From a virus, in IMG/VR virus record IMGVR_UViG_3300025418_000011: a stretch of 64,000 nucleotides of DNA. One strand, given 5' to 3'. How positions within the stretch are numbered: the first letter of the stretch is position 1; each line of letters begins with the position of its first letter. Below are positions 1 to 8,122 of this stretch, piece after piece. The notes under the pieces are model-generated. The model was given only the letters and a program-made list of their open reading frames with translations. It was not told where the DNA came from and searched no databases. The position numbers and the translations under genes were made by a program.

Positions 1-424
1 TGGTTGCCTTTGTGATTTCATTGGGACTTCCAACGTGTTCAATATAATTATTTTCTTGCCCCTCGCGGCATTGATTACGTCCGCAAATGCATTTTTGGGT
101 TTTGTTCTTTTCTGCTTCAATCTCTGAGGCTCTGGTCTTCCAAACAAGATACTTAACACGCTCTGTGATATACGCAAAAGGAGCTCCTTCATTCTTGAGG
201 TTTTCGACTTCATTCTTGATAAATTGATAGTTCGCTCCTTCGGGAATGATCAATTCCAGATTTGCTTGCTCTACCGCGGTATCAGCAGAAATCTGCTCTT
301 TCTGCTTTGCCATCACTTCCTTGGCCTCTTTAATATTTTTGAATCCCGCTTCTTTCACTGCACGAGATACCAGCTTTTGGTTTTTTGCTTTTACTCTAGG
401 TTTGTTATTTGTTGGTTTCTTCAT
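1..424 (-). CDS. hypothetical protein, truncated by left window edge (>=141 aa)
   Basis: Hand-translated open frame from ATG at 424 (MKKPTNNKPRVKAKNQKLVSRAVKEAGF...) with no stop before position 1; absent from ORF track because it is truncated. Confidence 0.8.
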   Translation of the reverse strand, partial: MKKPTNNKPRVKAKNQKLVSRAVKEAGFKNIKEAKEVMAKQKEQISADTAVEQANLELIIPEGANYQFIKNEVENLKNEGAPFAYITERVKYLVWKTRASEIEAEKNKTQKCICGRNQCREGQENNYIEHVGSPNEITKAT

Positions 425-432
425 ATATGTGT

Positions 433-660
433 TTATTGCTTAGGGATAAATTCTCCGCACCATTCGTGGTCCACAATCATGGGGAATCCTGTATAAGTAG
501 TATCATCCTTTTGTACAAAAAGGGGAGGATTTCTTTTGCACCTTCCAAAAATTAAAGCACCTTCTGTCTCAGCTGCTTCATTTTGAACTTTAAACCAGTA
601 CTTGCAATTTTTACAAGTATCAGTCTCTTGTGTCGTCTCTGTGTTCGTAGTATTCGTCAT
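433..660 (-). CDS. small Cys-rich, putative zinc-binding phage protein
   Basis: CKNCKYW...GRCKRNPP...FP...WCGEF pattern typical of small phage metal-binding proteins. Confidence 0.75.
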   Translation of the reverse strand: MTNTTNTETTQETDTCKNCKYWFKVQNEAAETEGALIFGRCKRNPPLFVQKDDTTYTGFPMIVDHEWCGEFIPKQ

Positions 661-790
661 ATTCGTCAGGTTCTATAGATTTTTGATATTTTCTTATTTT
701 TTTAACAAACTCACTTTTTTTATTCCCCCCATCATTTTCTTTTTTGTGAGAGGGGTTATAAAACTCATCATCACTATCTTTCGGCTTCAT
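620..790 (-). CDS. small charged hypothetical protein (56 aa)
   Basis: Hand-translated MKPKDSDDEFYNPSHKKENDGG...EHRDDTRD; fills the gap in a minus-strand block; overlaps next gene by 41 nt. Confidence 0.45.
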   Translation of the reverse strand: MKPKDSDDEFYNPSHKKENDGGNKKSEFVKKIRKYQKSIEPDEYDEYYEHRDDTRD

Positions 791-807
791 AGTATTGTCA
801 ACAAGAT

Positions 808-1251
808 TTAAAAAATTATTTGTGGGTTAAATGGAAAGTGTTGTATAGCTATACCAAATACATCAGCAATTTCAAAGCAAGATTTATCTCTGTCGTAAAT
901 TTCTGAGAAGAAAATTCTTTTAATACCGAATGCTCCTATTGTTTTAATACAGTCTGAGCAAGGGGACAGTGTGGTGTAGATAGTATGTACTTCTGAAGGC
1001 TTTGTGTATCTTAAACAATTCAATTCTGCGTGACACACATATTTTCTGCGCTCTTCTCTATCTTCCCAGGAAATATCCACCCCTTTCGGTACTCCATTAT
1101 AACCAGTACCTGCAACACTATAATCATTGCGCAGGGCAGCTGCTCCTACCTTTTTGTATGGATCTTCTGATCTGAGGGCTGCCGCGTATGCGAGAAGCAT
1201 ACCATACTCATCCCAAGATAATCTATTCTGTGTGTTAGTGCTTTTAGCCAT
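808..1251 (-). CDS. dCMP deaminase (cytidine/deoxycytidylate deaminase family)
   Basis: RSEDPYKKVGA, GYNG, HAELN and SPCSDC zinc-deaminase motifs. Confidence 0.93.
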   Translation of the reverse strand: MAKSTNTQNRLSWDEYGMLLAYAAALRSEDPYKKVGAAALRNDYSVAGTGYNGVPKGVDISWEDREERRKYVCHAELNCLRYTKPSEVHTIYTTLSPCSDCIKTIGAFGIKRIFFSEIYDRDKSCFEIADVFGIAIQHFPFNPQIIF

Positions 1252-1255
1252 TAGA

Positions 1256-1444
1256 CTAAGTAAGCAGACTGTATGTGTTTTTGCAAACGTTTTTTAAAAG
1301 GTCTTCTATGTCCGGGTCGTCTACTCTATCAAAGTTAACAAAAATTATTTTACCGTTTTGTTGGTATGCCCTGAGGGTTATCGAATTGTCATAAGTGATA
1401 GATATCTCCTCTGACTCAGGGTCGTAGTTGAATTCAAAATTCAT
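1256..1444 (-). CDS. hypothetical protein (62 aa)
   Basis: ORF tightly coupled to the deaminase gene. Confidence 0.7.
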   Translation of the reverse strand: MNFEFNYDPESEEISITYDNSITLRAYQQNGKIIFVNFDRVDDPDIEDLLKNVCKNTYSLLT

Positions 1445-1524
1445 ATAGTTTTATTTAGCACACTAATAATATATTAATACATATTTTACGTTCGTCAAAG
1501 AATATCTTTACTTAGCAATTCTGA

Positions 1525-1552
1525 TTGTAGGTTTTAATTTACAAGATATAAT
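1525..1552 (+). promoter_or_regulatory. sigma70-like promoter, probably leaderless
   Basis: TTGTAG-16 nt-TATAAT, 7 nt before the ATG at 1560. Confidence 0.5.
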
Positions 1553-1559
1553 AATTCAG

Positions 1560-2252
1560 ATGAATACGATGACTAAGGCCGAGAAGGCACAAAAAATAAA
1601 AGAATACTTTGGAAACATTCGACTAGACGTGGGTGTTATGGGGAAAACCCTTGGTATGTCTGTTAACCACATAAATCCCGCGGTATTACTGCAGACAACG
1701 AGTAAGCTTTTAAAGGTTTATAGCAGAGAAGTACATCCCGATGATAGAGATAACCTGGCGTATTCAAAATTTTTAGGTGCGGAGGATTATGTCAAAGAGC
1801 ACATAGAGCACGATGCGGGTAAGATACAAATGAAAGCAAAGATGAAGCTCAGACAAAAAAGAAATCTATCCTGGCTGCATAGCGGCTTTTTTACTCCTCA
1901 AATAAAGAGTGTTTTTGTGGGTAACGCCCTGAGCCAAAACATCGAGGGTGTAAATCCTATGGAGCAATATATGCTTGCCCACAAAGTCAGCAAGATGGGT
2001 GAGGGCGGCATAGGAAGCACAGAGAGCATTCCTGATAGCTCCAGAAGTGTTAATGAGAGTCAGTTTGGACTAATGGACCCTATTCAAACAGTAGAAGCCG
2101 AAACAATAGGCGTGGTAAACTTTTTTGTTAAAAACTGCAGAAAAGGAGAAGACGGTAAGCTCTATAGATTAGTAGAGGACTCTTCTGGTAAAAAAATTTG
2201 GATAGATCATCAGACTTTCTTGAACTCTGTTGTTGAGGTTCCAGAAAGCTGA
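1560..2252 (+). CDS. rpoB: RNA polymerase beta subunit, middle fragment (rifampicin-pocket/fork-loop region)
   Basis: [11 protein letters not shown] ~ [38 protein letters not shown] ~ [52 protein letters not shown] ~ [25 protein letters not shown]. Confidence 0.92.
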   Translation: [230 protein letters not shown]

Positions 2253-2256
2253 AAAT

Positions 2257-3834
2257 TTACGCAGGAGCATACCCGTTATACCAGCCACTATATATTTCGA
2301 TAGGACTACGACCGTCGTTTGGATTAGATGGCAGTAAGCAGCAAGTGGGGCCTGGGCATCGTTTATCTCCGCGGTATCCAACCACCCAAACATAAATATC
2401 CCTTGTTACTCCGAGAACGCAAACAGATATAGGTAACCAACAGCCACTAAGAACAGATGACAACTTATCTCCTAGCTTAAAGTCTGCTTTTAGTTGATAG
2501 TGAGGAGGAGTATGCGTAGCACCTGCCGCGCTTGGTACTCGCAGAACATCAACACTCCAAGGTAACCCGTGAGTCTGTACGTCGCTATCAAATAGAATTT
2601 CTGGTACCTCTATATTACCATCTAATATAAGCTGGCATTGCCCTTTATTCCCAGAGGAGGACAGTTTTACGTTTCCTTGTGCCATCCCTGATGTGGTAAC
2701 TGTTCCAAATACTTTGTAAGCTTCACAAAAGTTAGTCACAAGATCCAGTTTTAAATCCACCGAACAATTTTCTTCTTGTTGTTGAGCGTAACTAGCAGAA
2801 GATATAGAAGCTGTTGGGCCTGTGGAGCTCGTTGGACCTGTTATGGCTTTTGGTTTAACCAGGAAAGTGGATCCCGAGAAAGCCGAGGGAGGGTTGAATA
2901 TAGGATTTATTTTAATTGCTTCACAGGCATTAACATGAAGGTCTAAATCATAGCTTATTGTGCATGGAGGACCACCGCCTCCGCCTGTAGGCCCTGTTGT
3001 TGCCGTGAGTGACTGTTTGTTGTAAATATTAAACGCAGATCCCGCCATATTAGGGGGAAAATTAATATTTCCTTTTTCGACAAAAATAACCTCGCAAGCC
3101 TGAGGAACGAATATATTCCCTGTAAGCTGGGCTCCGCAGTCAGGAGCGCTAGAAACACTTCCGAATGTTAAACTTCCTTGCGCACTGCCTGTGAGCTTTA
3201 CATTAGAATCAATTTTAAAATTTTCACACGCAGTAACGTGAATATTTCCTCCCAATAAAATACCGCAATCAGGGGCGTTGCCAGAGCTAGTAACAGTTAT
3301 TTGCCCGTCTGCTGCCCCAGTCTGCACTATGTTTCCTTTTACCTGAACTGTTTGACAGGCGAGAGCAGCAATATTCGGAGCGTTATAAACAGGCGTTACA
3401 AGATTTACGTTTGGAAATGCAAAACTGCAGGCCCTATCCATAGGTGTGATAGGGCTGCCTAAGTCTAATAGAGGAGCGCTAAGTGCGGGTAATGCGCAGT
3501 TATCTGGCGGGGTTATTGTGCCCAATATAAGACTAGTGCCACTAGAAATATTATGTGTGAGATGCGCGCTAAGAGTTATGGTATTTCCATAGATCTGAGT
3601 TATTGTTGTATTGGGCTGAATGCCATAAGCCTCTACAATCTGACCAACACTTAATAAACTTGGGCTGTTTACAACTAAGTCTAATGCATTTGTTAATGCT
3701 AACTGAGTAACTACAACAGACTCATTAGAAATACTAAAATATCCTGGCTGATATTGCGCCGTGTATTGAGGAACTCCTAAAGTATCTGGTGAGCCTAGTA
3801 TTACACTAGATGTATTTATTTCTAATCCGGCCAT
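2257..3834 (-). CDS. putative virion fibre/appendage protein with Cys-paired repeats
   Basis: T/S/G/P/N-rich beta-strand composition, GPTG linkers, repeated Cys-paired units. Confidence 0.6.
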   Translation of the reverse strand: MAGLEINTSSVILGSPDTLGVPQYTAQYQPGYFSISNESVVVTQLALTNALDLVVNSPSLLSVGQIVEAYGIQPNTTITQIYGNTITLSAHLTHNISSGTSLILGTITPPDNCALPALSAPLLDLGSPITPMDRACSFAFPNVNLVTPVYNAPNIAALACQTVQVKGNIVQTGAADGQITVTSSGNAPDCGILLGGNIHVTACENFKIDSNVKLTGSAQGSLTFGSVSSAPDCGAQLTGNIFVPQACEVIFVEKGNINFPPNMAGSAFNIYNKQSLTATTGPTGGGGGPPCTISYDLDLHVNACEAIKINPIFNPPSAFSGSTFLVKPKAITGPTSSTGPTASISSASYAQQQEENCSVDLKLDLVTNFCEAYKVFGTVTTSGMAQGNVKLSSSGNKGQCQLILDGNIEVPEILFDSDVQTHGLPWSVDVLRVPSAAGATHTPPHYQLKADFKLGDKLSSVLSGCWLPISVCVLGVTRDIYVWVVGYRGDKRCPGPTCCLLPSNPNDGRSPIEIYSGWYNGYAPA

Positions 3835-3835
3835 A

Positions 3836-4189
3836 TCAAATAATTCTATTTAAACAGCCATATAAAAACAAGCCTATAGGTATAACTAAAAAGTTAATAT
3901 TAAATACCAAAGCAATATCTAAACCTAACCAAAATCCAAAACAAATAGGACATGTAACTAAACGAACCAGGAAAGAGTCGTGATAATATTCCTTTAAAAA
4001 TTGAACGTATCCATCCGGATAGCCGTTTTCTACCAATTCATAATATTTGCCTACTTTAAAATATTTAGAAAGCTTGAAAAGATTTATATACTCGGCAAAC
4101 GCATTTGTTCTAAACCAAACCAATAGAATATAAGCCAACCATGCAGAGGCTCCTAACAATATAATAAAATTATTAGGAGCCTCTGACAT
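3836..4189 (-). CDS. small membrane protein with CPIC motif (DUF1360-like pattern)
   Basis: N-terminal hydrophobic helix and LVTCPICFGFWLG followed by a second hydrophobic segment. Confidence 0.65.
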   Translation of the reverse strand: MSEAPNNFIILLGASAWLAYILLVWFRTNAFAEYINLFKLSKYFKVGKYYELVENGYPDGYVQFLKEYYHDSFLVRLVTCPICFGFWLGLDIALVFNINFLVIPIGLFLYGCLNRII

Positions 4190-4197
4190 ATAGTTAT

Positions 4198-4479
4198 TTA
4201 CTGAGCAGCCGACAACTCAGTAATCTTTTTCTGCAATTCGAATAATAGGTTTTTTTGGGCCGTAGCTGCGATCTTTCGGCTTTGTAGCATATTCATTCTT
4301 TCTGTTAGCTGCTTATTTGCTTCTGTGACTTCGGCAATTCCTGATTCTAGCCCATTGAGCTGATCTTCAACTTGAGCTAGACCGTCCTCTATCAGGAGCA
4401 TAGAGATATGCTTGTCTGTTTCTGTACTTACCACTGCGGGAAGTTCTACTGTGCCTCTTTGTTCATCTTGTGCGCTCAT
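4198..4479 (-). CDS. coiled-coil hypothetical protein
   Basis: Heptad-like L/E/Q-rich sequence. Confidence 0.75.
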   Translation of the reverse strand: MSAQDEQRGTVELPAVVSTETDKHISMLLIEDGLAQVEDQLNGLESGIAEVTEANKQLTERMNMLQSRKIAATAQKNLLFELQKKITELSAAQ

Positions 4480-4480
4480 A

Positions 4481-4627
4481 TTATTCCTTGGTTAATAATT
4501 CTTTTATCTCGGCGTTGATTCTTTTGATGTCTTCGTTATAAGCCTGCATCTCGGCTTTTTTATTTTTCCTGGTTTGTTCAAGCTCTTGAACAAGACGAAA
4601 TACTTGGGATTCTTTTGATTCTTCCAT
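4481..4627 (-). CDS. small coiled-coil protein (48 aa)
   Basis: Hand-translated MEESKESQVFRLVQELEQTRKNKKAEMQAYNEDIKRINAEIKELLTKE; 1 nt from next ATG. Confidence 0.65.
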   Translation of the reverse strand: MEESKESQVFRLVQELEQTRKNKKAEMQAYNEDIKRINAEIKELLTKE

Positions 4628-4662
4628 GTGTTTATTATTTGTTTAAGTGTTACTGACGAGAA

Positions 4663-4692
4663 TTAATATATACGATCTCTAGCTACGCGCAA
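4663..4692 (-). promoter_or_regulatory. possible sigma70-like promoter
   Basis: TTGCGC-16 nt-TATATT just downstream of the terminator. Confidence 0.3.
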
Positions 4693-4703
4693 GTGCTTTT
4701 TAT

Positions 4704-4735
4704 AAAAAAATAAGGGTGTGGATTTCTCCACACCC
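4704..4735 (-). terminator. intrinsic terminator (possibly bidirectional)
   Basis: GGGTGTGGA-GAAA-TCCACACCC hairpin followed by TTATTTTTTT on the minus strand. Confidence 0.9.
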
Positions 4736-4761
4736 CCATTCTTTTTTAACTGGTCTAAAGA

Positions 4762-5277
4762 TTAGACAGTAGGGCCTGTTTCTGTGTTAGAAACAGAATC
4801 CTTGGTAACAATTGCACTAGCGGACACGGTGACCTGAAGGAGATCACCAGCAGAACCACCAACGTTAGGATTCGTGGATCCGGCTGAACCTTGGGTGCCG
4901 TTACCGCGGATGTAATAAATTACATAGCTGAGCAAAGGACCAGGGTTGTTGTTGGAATAAGTTCCCGTTCCGCCTGTACCAGCGCCCGTGGCTCCTGTAC
5001 CAATGTTGAGCGCGAGAGGACCTGCGGTGAGATCCGTTCCAGGAACAACATCAAGAGCGATCACACCGCCACCGAGGTGGGCCGTGACGTGAGCCTCAAC
5101 GATATAACGGCTGTCAACATCATCAAAGCTGATGGTGTCGCCGCAATTGTAGCTTCCGGCAGGAATAGTGCCGAAGGCCATGCTAGCCTTCTCGTAGCGA
5201 GAAGTGATGAGTCCACCGATCTGATTGTCGGCTGTAACGCCAGAAGCGTTTTTACGAACTGAATATGTGGTAGCCAT
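4762..5277 (-). CDS. highly expressed probable virion protein (decoration/minor capsid-like)
   Basis: G/T/S-rich, C-ending codon bias like the major capsid gene, own promoter, structured leader and strong terminator. Confidence 0.6.
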   Translation of the reverse strand: MATTYSVRKNASGVTADNQIGGLITSRYEKASMAFGTIPAGSYNCGDTISFDDVDSRYIVEAHVTAHLGGGVIALDVVPGTDLTAGPLALNIGTGATGAGTGGTGTYSNNNPGPLLSYVIYYIRGNGTQGSAGSTNPNVGGSAGDLLQVTVSASAIVTKDSVSNTETGPTV

Positions 5278-5306
5278 AATTTTTAATTGTTGTTTGTTTT
5301 TGGTTG

Positions 5307-5390
5307 AACTATCAACAATGGATTATGCCCTTGCAACAGACTAGGATTACTAATCCAGAGAAACATAAGGTTTCTCCATTGCTGATAGTT
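5307..5390 (-). ncRNA. candidate structured RNA (four-way junction) in the leader of 4762..5277
   Basis: 16-bp closing stem AACTATCAGCAATGGA/TCCATTGTTGATAGTT (one G-U, which pairs only on the minus strand) enclosing GAAAC/GTTTC, GGATT/AATCC and a weak GCAA-loop hairpin. Confidence 0.55.
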
Positions 5391-5419
5391 ATTATTACTT
5401 ATTGTTTGTTAGTATGCAA
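5391..5419 (-). promoter_or_regulatory. putative promoter
   Basis: TTGCAT-17 nt-AATAAT within GTAATAAT; the same -10 octamer precedes the capsid operon. Confidence 0.45.
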
Positions 5420-5423
5420 TATT

Positions 5424-5657
5424 TTATTTGTGGCTGCCTCCCACAAACTCATAAAACATTTCTGCAGTGCTGATGATTTCCTTTTTTGATGGATATAGCT
5501 TTTCAATTGCTTCTGGTGAAACAACCTTATTGTCTTTCTCAGCTGCCGCCATAAACGCAGAGGCTTTGTGCTGAAATAATTCAGTACAATACCTGTGAGC
5601 GTCCATAAGAATGTCTAATCTGATTTCGTATGCGTTTTTATTCATGTGTGTGTTCAC
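5424..5657 (-). CDS. small conserved phage protein
   Basis: NAYEIRLDIL...YPSKKEIISTAEMFYEFV pattern recalled from myoviruses; strong SD (GAGGAGGTG). Confidence 0.8.
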   Translation of the reverse strand: MNTHMNKNAYEIRLDILMDAHRYCTELFQHKASAFMAAAEKDNKVVSPEAIEKLYPSKKEIISTAEMFYEFVGGSHK

Positions 5658-5667
5658 CTCCTCTTAA

Positions 5668-5696
5668 TATATACCTCTGACACGGTAGGGTTGCAA
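5668..5696 (-). promoter_or_regulatory. sigma70-like promoter
   Basis: TTGCAA-17 nt-TATATA. Confidence 0.5.
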
Positions 5697-5699
5697 ATT

Positions 5700-6353
5700 T
5701 TAACTTAAAAATATTTTATTGTACAACTTGTCTATTTCGTCGCCTGTGTACATTTTCTTATTGGCTAAATAAATCTCATTTCCCCAGGCGGCTTGCATTT
5801 GGCTATCAGACACGCCGAGATCTCTCATCACACCATAAAGCTTTATTTGCGTGTTCTGAAGCATCAAAACAAAAAGTTGTTTGTCTGGATAAAATAATAT
5901 TCTTCCGCCCATTCCTGTTCTAGGGGCCGGATTGATGTGAGCTTCTGCTTCTCCGCTTTGGCGAATCCTGGAGTAAACCCCAGGAAGCAATCTCTGCTGA
6001 TGAATAGGCTCATACTCACTGCCGTTATACACAACCGTATTCCTGTCTGTGACAAAAGGAATATTCGCAATGGTAATATGTTTGGATTCTACCCGCTGAC
6101 CTGTGCGTTTATCCACCAAGTGCACATCTCCCTTTATTGGGTAAGTAAGATCACGCTTTTCTAAGATAGCCTTTTTCTGGTCCTCTATAGAGAATGGCTT
6201 TGGGTGTATCTCTATGTTCTCTACCTCTAACTTGTGGTCGTTTGTTTCTATCTGCCCTAACTTAGACTTAAAACCTTCTAGCACATGTTTCTGAATAAGC
6301 TTATTCAGTGCATGCGGATCAAAAAAATCTCTGGTATTTTTAGGAAACTCCAT
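5700..6353 (-). CDS. rpoB: RNA polymerase beta subunit, N-terminal fragment
   Basis: [11 protein letters not shown] ~ [43 protein letters not shown] ~ [44 protein letters not shown] ~ LPATIILRALN. Confidence 0.9.
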   Translation of the reverse strand: [217 protein letters not shown]

Positions 6354-6552
6354 TTGAAAGCTTTTTTTGCACTGCTCTTGTTATTATTATCCAGGCACTG
6401 TGATAATCTTCTTCTGATAAGAAATCTTCTGCTGTTAACTCTACCTCTATAGGCTTACCAGGGTAGGTCACTTTTTCTTTTTCTCCGCCGATTTCTTCTA
6501 GGTATGTTCCTTTTATTTTTAAAGACGGAATATAGATTTGTTTAGCTTGCAT
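6340..6552 (-). CDS. hypothetical protein (70 aa)
   Basis: Coupled ORF in minus-strand operon. Confidence 0.7.
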   Translation of the reverse strand: MQAKQIYIPSLKIKGTYLEEIGGEKEKVTYPGKPIEVELTAEDFLSEEDYHSAWIIITRAVQKKLSNGVS

Positions 6553-7030
6553 TGTTCAAATCCTCTGTGAGTAAGGATTCAAGATATGCTTTAGTCTTCT
6601 CATCTTCAAGAAGTTTTTTCATTTCAGGATATTTAGTTTCTAAAATAACCTTTTTTTCAGGTACCTCAGAAGTTTCTGGTGCGTCTGGACCCGCAATGGT
6701 ATTTACCGCACCTTTAACGGCTTTTGCTGTTAATACACTTCTAAGCACATGAGGATCTATGAGTCCTGCTAACTTTTCTTGCCCTTTAACAGGAGAGCCT
6801 ATGCTGTGCACTTCGTTAGCTGGAGTATTAAAAATGGTTTTTTCAGGGCCTAAGTTTAAATTCAACTTTCCCTGCATTTGTGGAAGCAGTGGAGCTATTC
6901 CTGGATTAGGTCTGGGTGCAATATTATCTAATATTTTACTCACACGGGAGGTTAAGAGGTTGGTTAAAAAACCTCCCTCTTTTTCCATATCGGAAAATCC
7001 TCTTTCAAATTCGCTCCAGTCTATTTTCAT
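6542..7030 (-). CDS. putative internal head protein with KxA-type motif
   Basis: FERGFSDMEKEG-GF and EKLAG motifs. Confidence 0.6.
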   Translation of the reverse strand: MKIDWSEFERGFSDMEKEGGFLTNLLTSRVSKILDNIAPRPNPGIAPLLPQMQGKLNLNLGPEKTIFNTPANEVHSIGSPVKGQEKLAGLIDPHVLRSVLTAKAVKGAVNTIAGPDAPETSEVPEKKVILETKYPEMKKLLEDEKTKAYLESLLTEDLNNAS

Positions 7031-7761
7031 CCTATGTTGTAAGGTTCTAATTCTACTCTGGTAGGAATGTTAGAGATATAATCCTCAGCGTGATTTTTCT
7101 CTCTAAGCTTCTTCTTAATAACATAAGTAAGATAAGCACTACCTGCGCCTGTACCTATTAATCCTGTGGCACCTAAATCAATAACAGGGTCAACAGGCTT
7201 TTTCAAGATACCTAGGCCTTTACCAAGAAGTCTCTTTAGGCTGTGATCGCTTATTTCTACATCTTCTGCAGTATTACCTGCAGTTTTAGGAAGAATTTCA
7301 CTGATGGTCGCTTCTGCAGCCAATCCATTGCAGAATGCATCCACGTTAGGGGTTTCTAATTCACCCTGCTTAATCTTTTGAAGTGTTTGGAGATATTCTT
7401 TTTGCGCATCCTGAAGTTCACGCTGTATCTGCATCTTCTGTTGCTGAAAGTATTCTCTCCTGGCTTCGTGAAAGCCTGCCTCACCACCAAACACAGAGCG
7501 AATTGGGTTTCTGTTGAATCTGATTGCTCTTCCTATCAACCCAGGAGAAGCCTCGCCCTCTTCACTGGTTTTGTGCAAAGTATTTACAGGAATAGGAATT
7601 CTCAAGGTGTCTCCTCCACCAAGACCTTCCATTCTGCGGGTGGCCTCTTCCTGTTCTTTTGCAAGTTGTATAGCACTGAACAAGCTTCTGCCAAAAAGCT
7701 TAGAAGCAAGATAAGCCTCTTCTGGAGATAGAGGTATTTTTGTTTGGTTGTTATTATTCAT
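7027..7761 (-). CDS. putative internal head protein
   Basis: HKTSE and PKTAG motifs, coiled coil, C-terminal Gly-rich hydrophobic segment. Confidence 0.6.
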   Translation of the reverse strand: MNNNNQTKIPLSPEEAYLASKLFGRSLFSAIQLAKEQEEATRRMEGLGGGDTLRIPIPVNTLHKTSEEGEASPGLIGRAIRFNRNPIRSVFGGEAGFHEARREYFQQQKMQIQRELQDAQKEYLQTLQKIKQGELETPNVDAFCNGLAAEATISEILPKTAGNTAEDVEISDHSLKRLLGKGLGILKKPVDPVIDLGATGLIGTGAGSAYLTYVIKKKLREKNHAEDYISNIPTRVELEPYNIG

Positions 7762-8122
7762 TAGAGGTTTCCTTCTTTTTTCCGTAAATCACAAAGACTC
7801 TATAACTTCCTTGAGGAGTCCAATTATCCTTGTAGTAGCTGATCACATATTTCTCGTCGTTCAAGAGCCTGGACAGCATTTCACCATCATGCTGCTTTTC
7901 TGGGTCTAATACGATGTTGTGAAACTCATATATAGAGAGATCCATCTTTGGCTTTTTAGCCCAGCCCTTGGCCTGCTCAAAGGCATCTACTGTTTTTTGC
8001 TGATCTAGGATCTCTCCTTTTAATTCTCTCTGGATGCTGCGCTTGGGCTGAGGCCTGAAGTCAGGACTAGCTGTTCCAAAGTCAAAATGTTCTGTTGCTT
8101 TTTCTGTGTTAGTGTAGGCCAT
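7754..8122 (-). CDS. hypothetical protein (122 aa)
   Basis: Coupled ORF. Confidence 0.75.
   Translation of the reverse strand: MAYTNTEKATEHFDFGTASPDFRPQPKRSIQRELKGEILDQQKTVDAFEQAKGWAKKPKMDLSIYEFHNIVLDPEKQHDGEMLSRLLNDEKYVISYYKDNWTPQGSYRVFVIYGKKKETSNE

Noticed and set aside
224-496. Plus-strand ORFs 224..496, 246..443 and 602..811
   Set aside because: Antisense shadows of better minus-strand genes
773-801. Minus-strand promoter TTGACA-17-GATAGT
   Set aside because: The -10 falls inside the plausible 620..790 ORF and is a weak match; ambiguous
5307-5390. tRNA gene
   Set aside because: Cloverleaf-like, but the closing stem is 16 bp and there is no GTTC T-loop, D-loop consensus or CCA
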